Below, one piece after another: positions 62,559 to 64,000 of a stretch of 64,000 bases of DNA. The stretch comes from Podarcis cretensis. Its lineage: Eukaryota. The stretch covers positions 27,280,001 to 27,344,000 of the forward strand of contig OX638153.1 in assembly GCA_951804945.1 (NCBI GenBank), given 5' to 3'. Under the pieces are notes generated by a model. That model was given only the letters and a program-made list of their open reading frames with translations, searched no databases and was not told where the DNA came from. A program made the position numbers and the translations under genes. Position 1 is the first letter of the stretch; every line of letters begins with the position of its first letter.

Positions 62559-62961
62559 CAGTGGTGCCCCGCAAGATGAATGCTTCGCAAGACGGAAAAC
62601 CCGCTAGACGAAAGGGTTTTCCGTTTTGGAGGTGCTTCGCAAAACGAATTTCCTATGGGCTTGCTTCGCAAGACAAAAATGTCTTGCGAGTTCCTGCGGG
62701 TTCCCCCCCTTTTTCTAAGGCGCTAAGCCGCTTATCAGCTGATCCGCTAAGCCGCTTAACAGCTGATCCGCTAAGCCGCTTATCAGCTGATCCGCTAAGC
62801 CGCTTATCAGCTGATCCGCTAAGCCGCTTATCAGCTGATCCGCTAAGCCGCTAATAGCGCTAAGCCGCTAAGCCGCTAATGGGCTTGTTTCGCAATACGA
62901 AAAAACCGCAAGACAAAGAGACTCGCGGAACGGATTCTTTTCGTCTTGCGAGGCACCACTG
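62559..62961. mobile_element. Tc1/mariner MITE with internal minisatellite
   Basis: TIR CAGTGGTGCCCCGCAAGA / TCTTGCGAGGCACCACTG with TA TSD. Confidence 0.9.
62721..62880. repeat. 24-bp minisatellite x5 (CGCTAAGCCGCTTATCAGCTGATC) plus CGCTAAGC subrepeats
   Basis: Five units at 62721-62840 with one substitution in total. Confidence 0.95.
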
Positions 62962-63146
62962 TATGTTCAAAACAACTATACAATATTTTGAATTAAATCC
63001 AGGATTGGATTTGCCACGGGGCAATGAAAACTTTGATCAAAGTTCACATGTTACAAGGGGAGACATGCAGAGAAAACTAATGCATTATCAAGCAAACCCT
63101 CTCAAATGATACATTTGAAACACACATTTAAACTAATGCTATAAAA

Positions 63147-63413
63147 CGGGGTTGGCAAGGTTTATCTTGCCTGGGCCAGATCAGACCCATGGAGATCCCT
63201 CTGTGGGCTAGATTGCGAGCATGCCTGCAATTCACGGCATCTGTGTGTGTGCGCCTGTGATTTCCGGTGCCGCAGAAGTGAGTCCCCGTGCCGCACTGCG
63301 CCGGTTTAGTGCAGCGCGCGAGTGGGCAGCTCAGTTCGGGGGTGGCTTGTGGGCTGGTCAAACGACCTCTGTGGGCTGCTTCCGGCCCATGGGCCATAGG
63401 TTGGTGACCCCTG
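63147..63413. mobile_element. hAT MITE
   Basis: CGGGGTTGGCAA / TTGGTGACCCCTG; 8-bp TSD CTATAAAA/CTGTAAAA. Confidence 0.8.
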
Positions 63414-64000
63414 CTGTAAAATATGTAAAAAGCTGAATATTAAGGGGAATGAACGGGAAGTTATGGGAACCAAAAGGATTGCTAAATTCGCTTTATCTTT
63501 GAAGTGAAAATTCTGTGAGTGTGGACATAAATATTCAAGTTACTAGTAAATGCTTTAAAACATAAATAAATAAAATATACTAACCATAAGATGAATGGCA
63601 CTATAACAAAAAAAACCTTGAAAATCATTTTTAAAATGCTTGTTGATCGTTATTATCAATCTAAAAATCCAACAGAGGGGGAAACACAGGAATATCTCAG
63701 TGCCTTAGCTATTTCTAACTGATGAACAAAGAGTTTCTTAATCAGGAATCCCTGGAGATGAAATCAAGCAGGCAATCACTAAGCTGACTGGCAATAAAAT
63801 ACCAGGCCCATGTGGCTTCAGTGAGATGTGTGTGTGTGTGTGTGTGTTTTAAAGTTATTTCCTCATTTACTGGGAAAGTGAACTAATACATGCAATATGC
63901 TGGTCATTTCACATCACAGTACTTCTAGTTGTATCTAAGATACTCAGAGTAGACCCATTGAAGTTAATAGCTAATTATTAACTTAAGACCCTCTGAAGCT

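Noticed and set aside
62721-62840. CRISPR-like array, or a repeat protein (ORF 62561-62854 with ADPLSRLS repeats)
   Set aside because: Units are contiguous with no unique spacers, lie inside a eukaryotic MITE, and the ORF simply results from a 24-bp unit without stops

Overview
This is eukaryotic DNA from a squamate reptile, most likely a lacertid lizard (inferred from Sauria SINEs, a BovB/RTE fragment, tRNA-Lys/CR1-tail SINEs and many hAT and Tc1/mariner MITEs). I cannot support any host protein-coding exon; the window reads as a gene desert or large intron, with one 142-N gap. All recognisable coding sequence is decayed transposon sequence: a Chapaev3 transposase inside intact TIRs and a TTA TSD (24552-26486), L1, CR1, L2, BovB and Penelope fragments, and two copia fragments inside a 2.4 kb hAT shell. 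Highlights: (1) three TSD-bounded short Penelope-type insertions that each carry a minimal hammerhead ribozyme motif, one with an intact core and two with core substitutions; (2) a non-autonomous hAT element holding copia pieces in opposite orientations plus a nested MITE; (3) the Chapaev3 element, from a family known for horizontal transfer; (4) a solo LTR with a 34-43 bp inverted copy of its own downstream flank inserted into it; (5) several nested insertions with readable TSDs, an AmnSINE2-like ancient SINE, a 5S-derived SINE and several repeat-free blocks that look like conserved enhancers. Family names come from recalled consensus features, not database searches.
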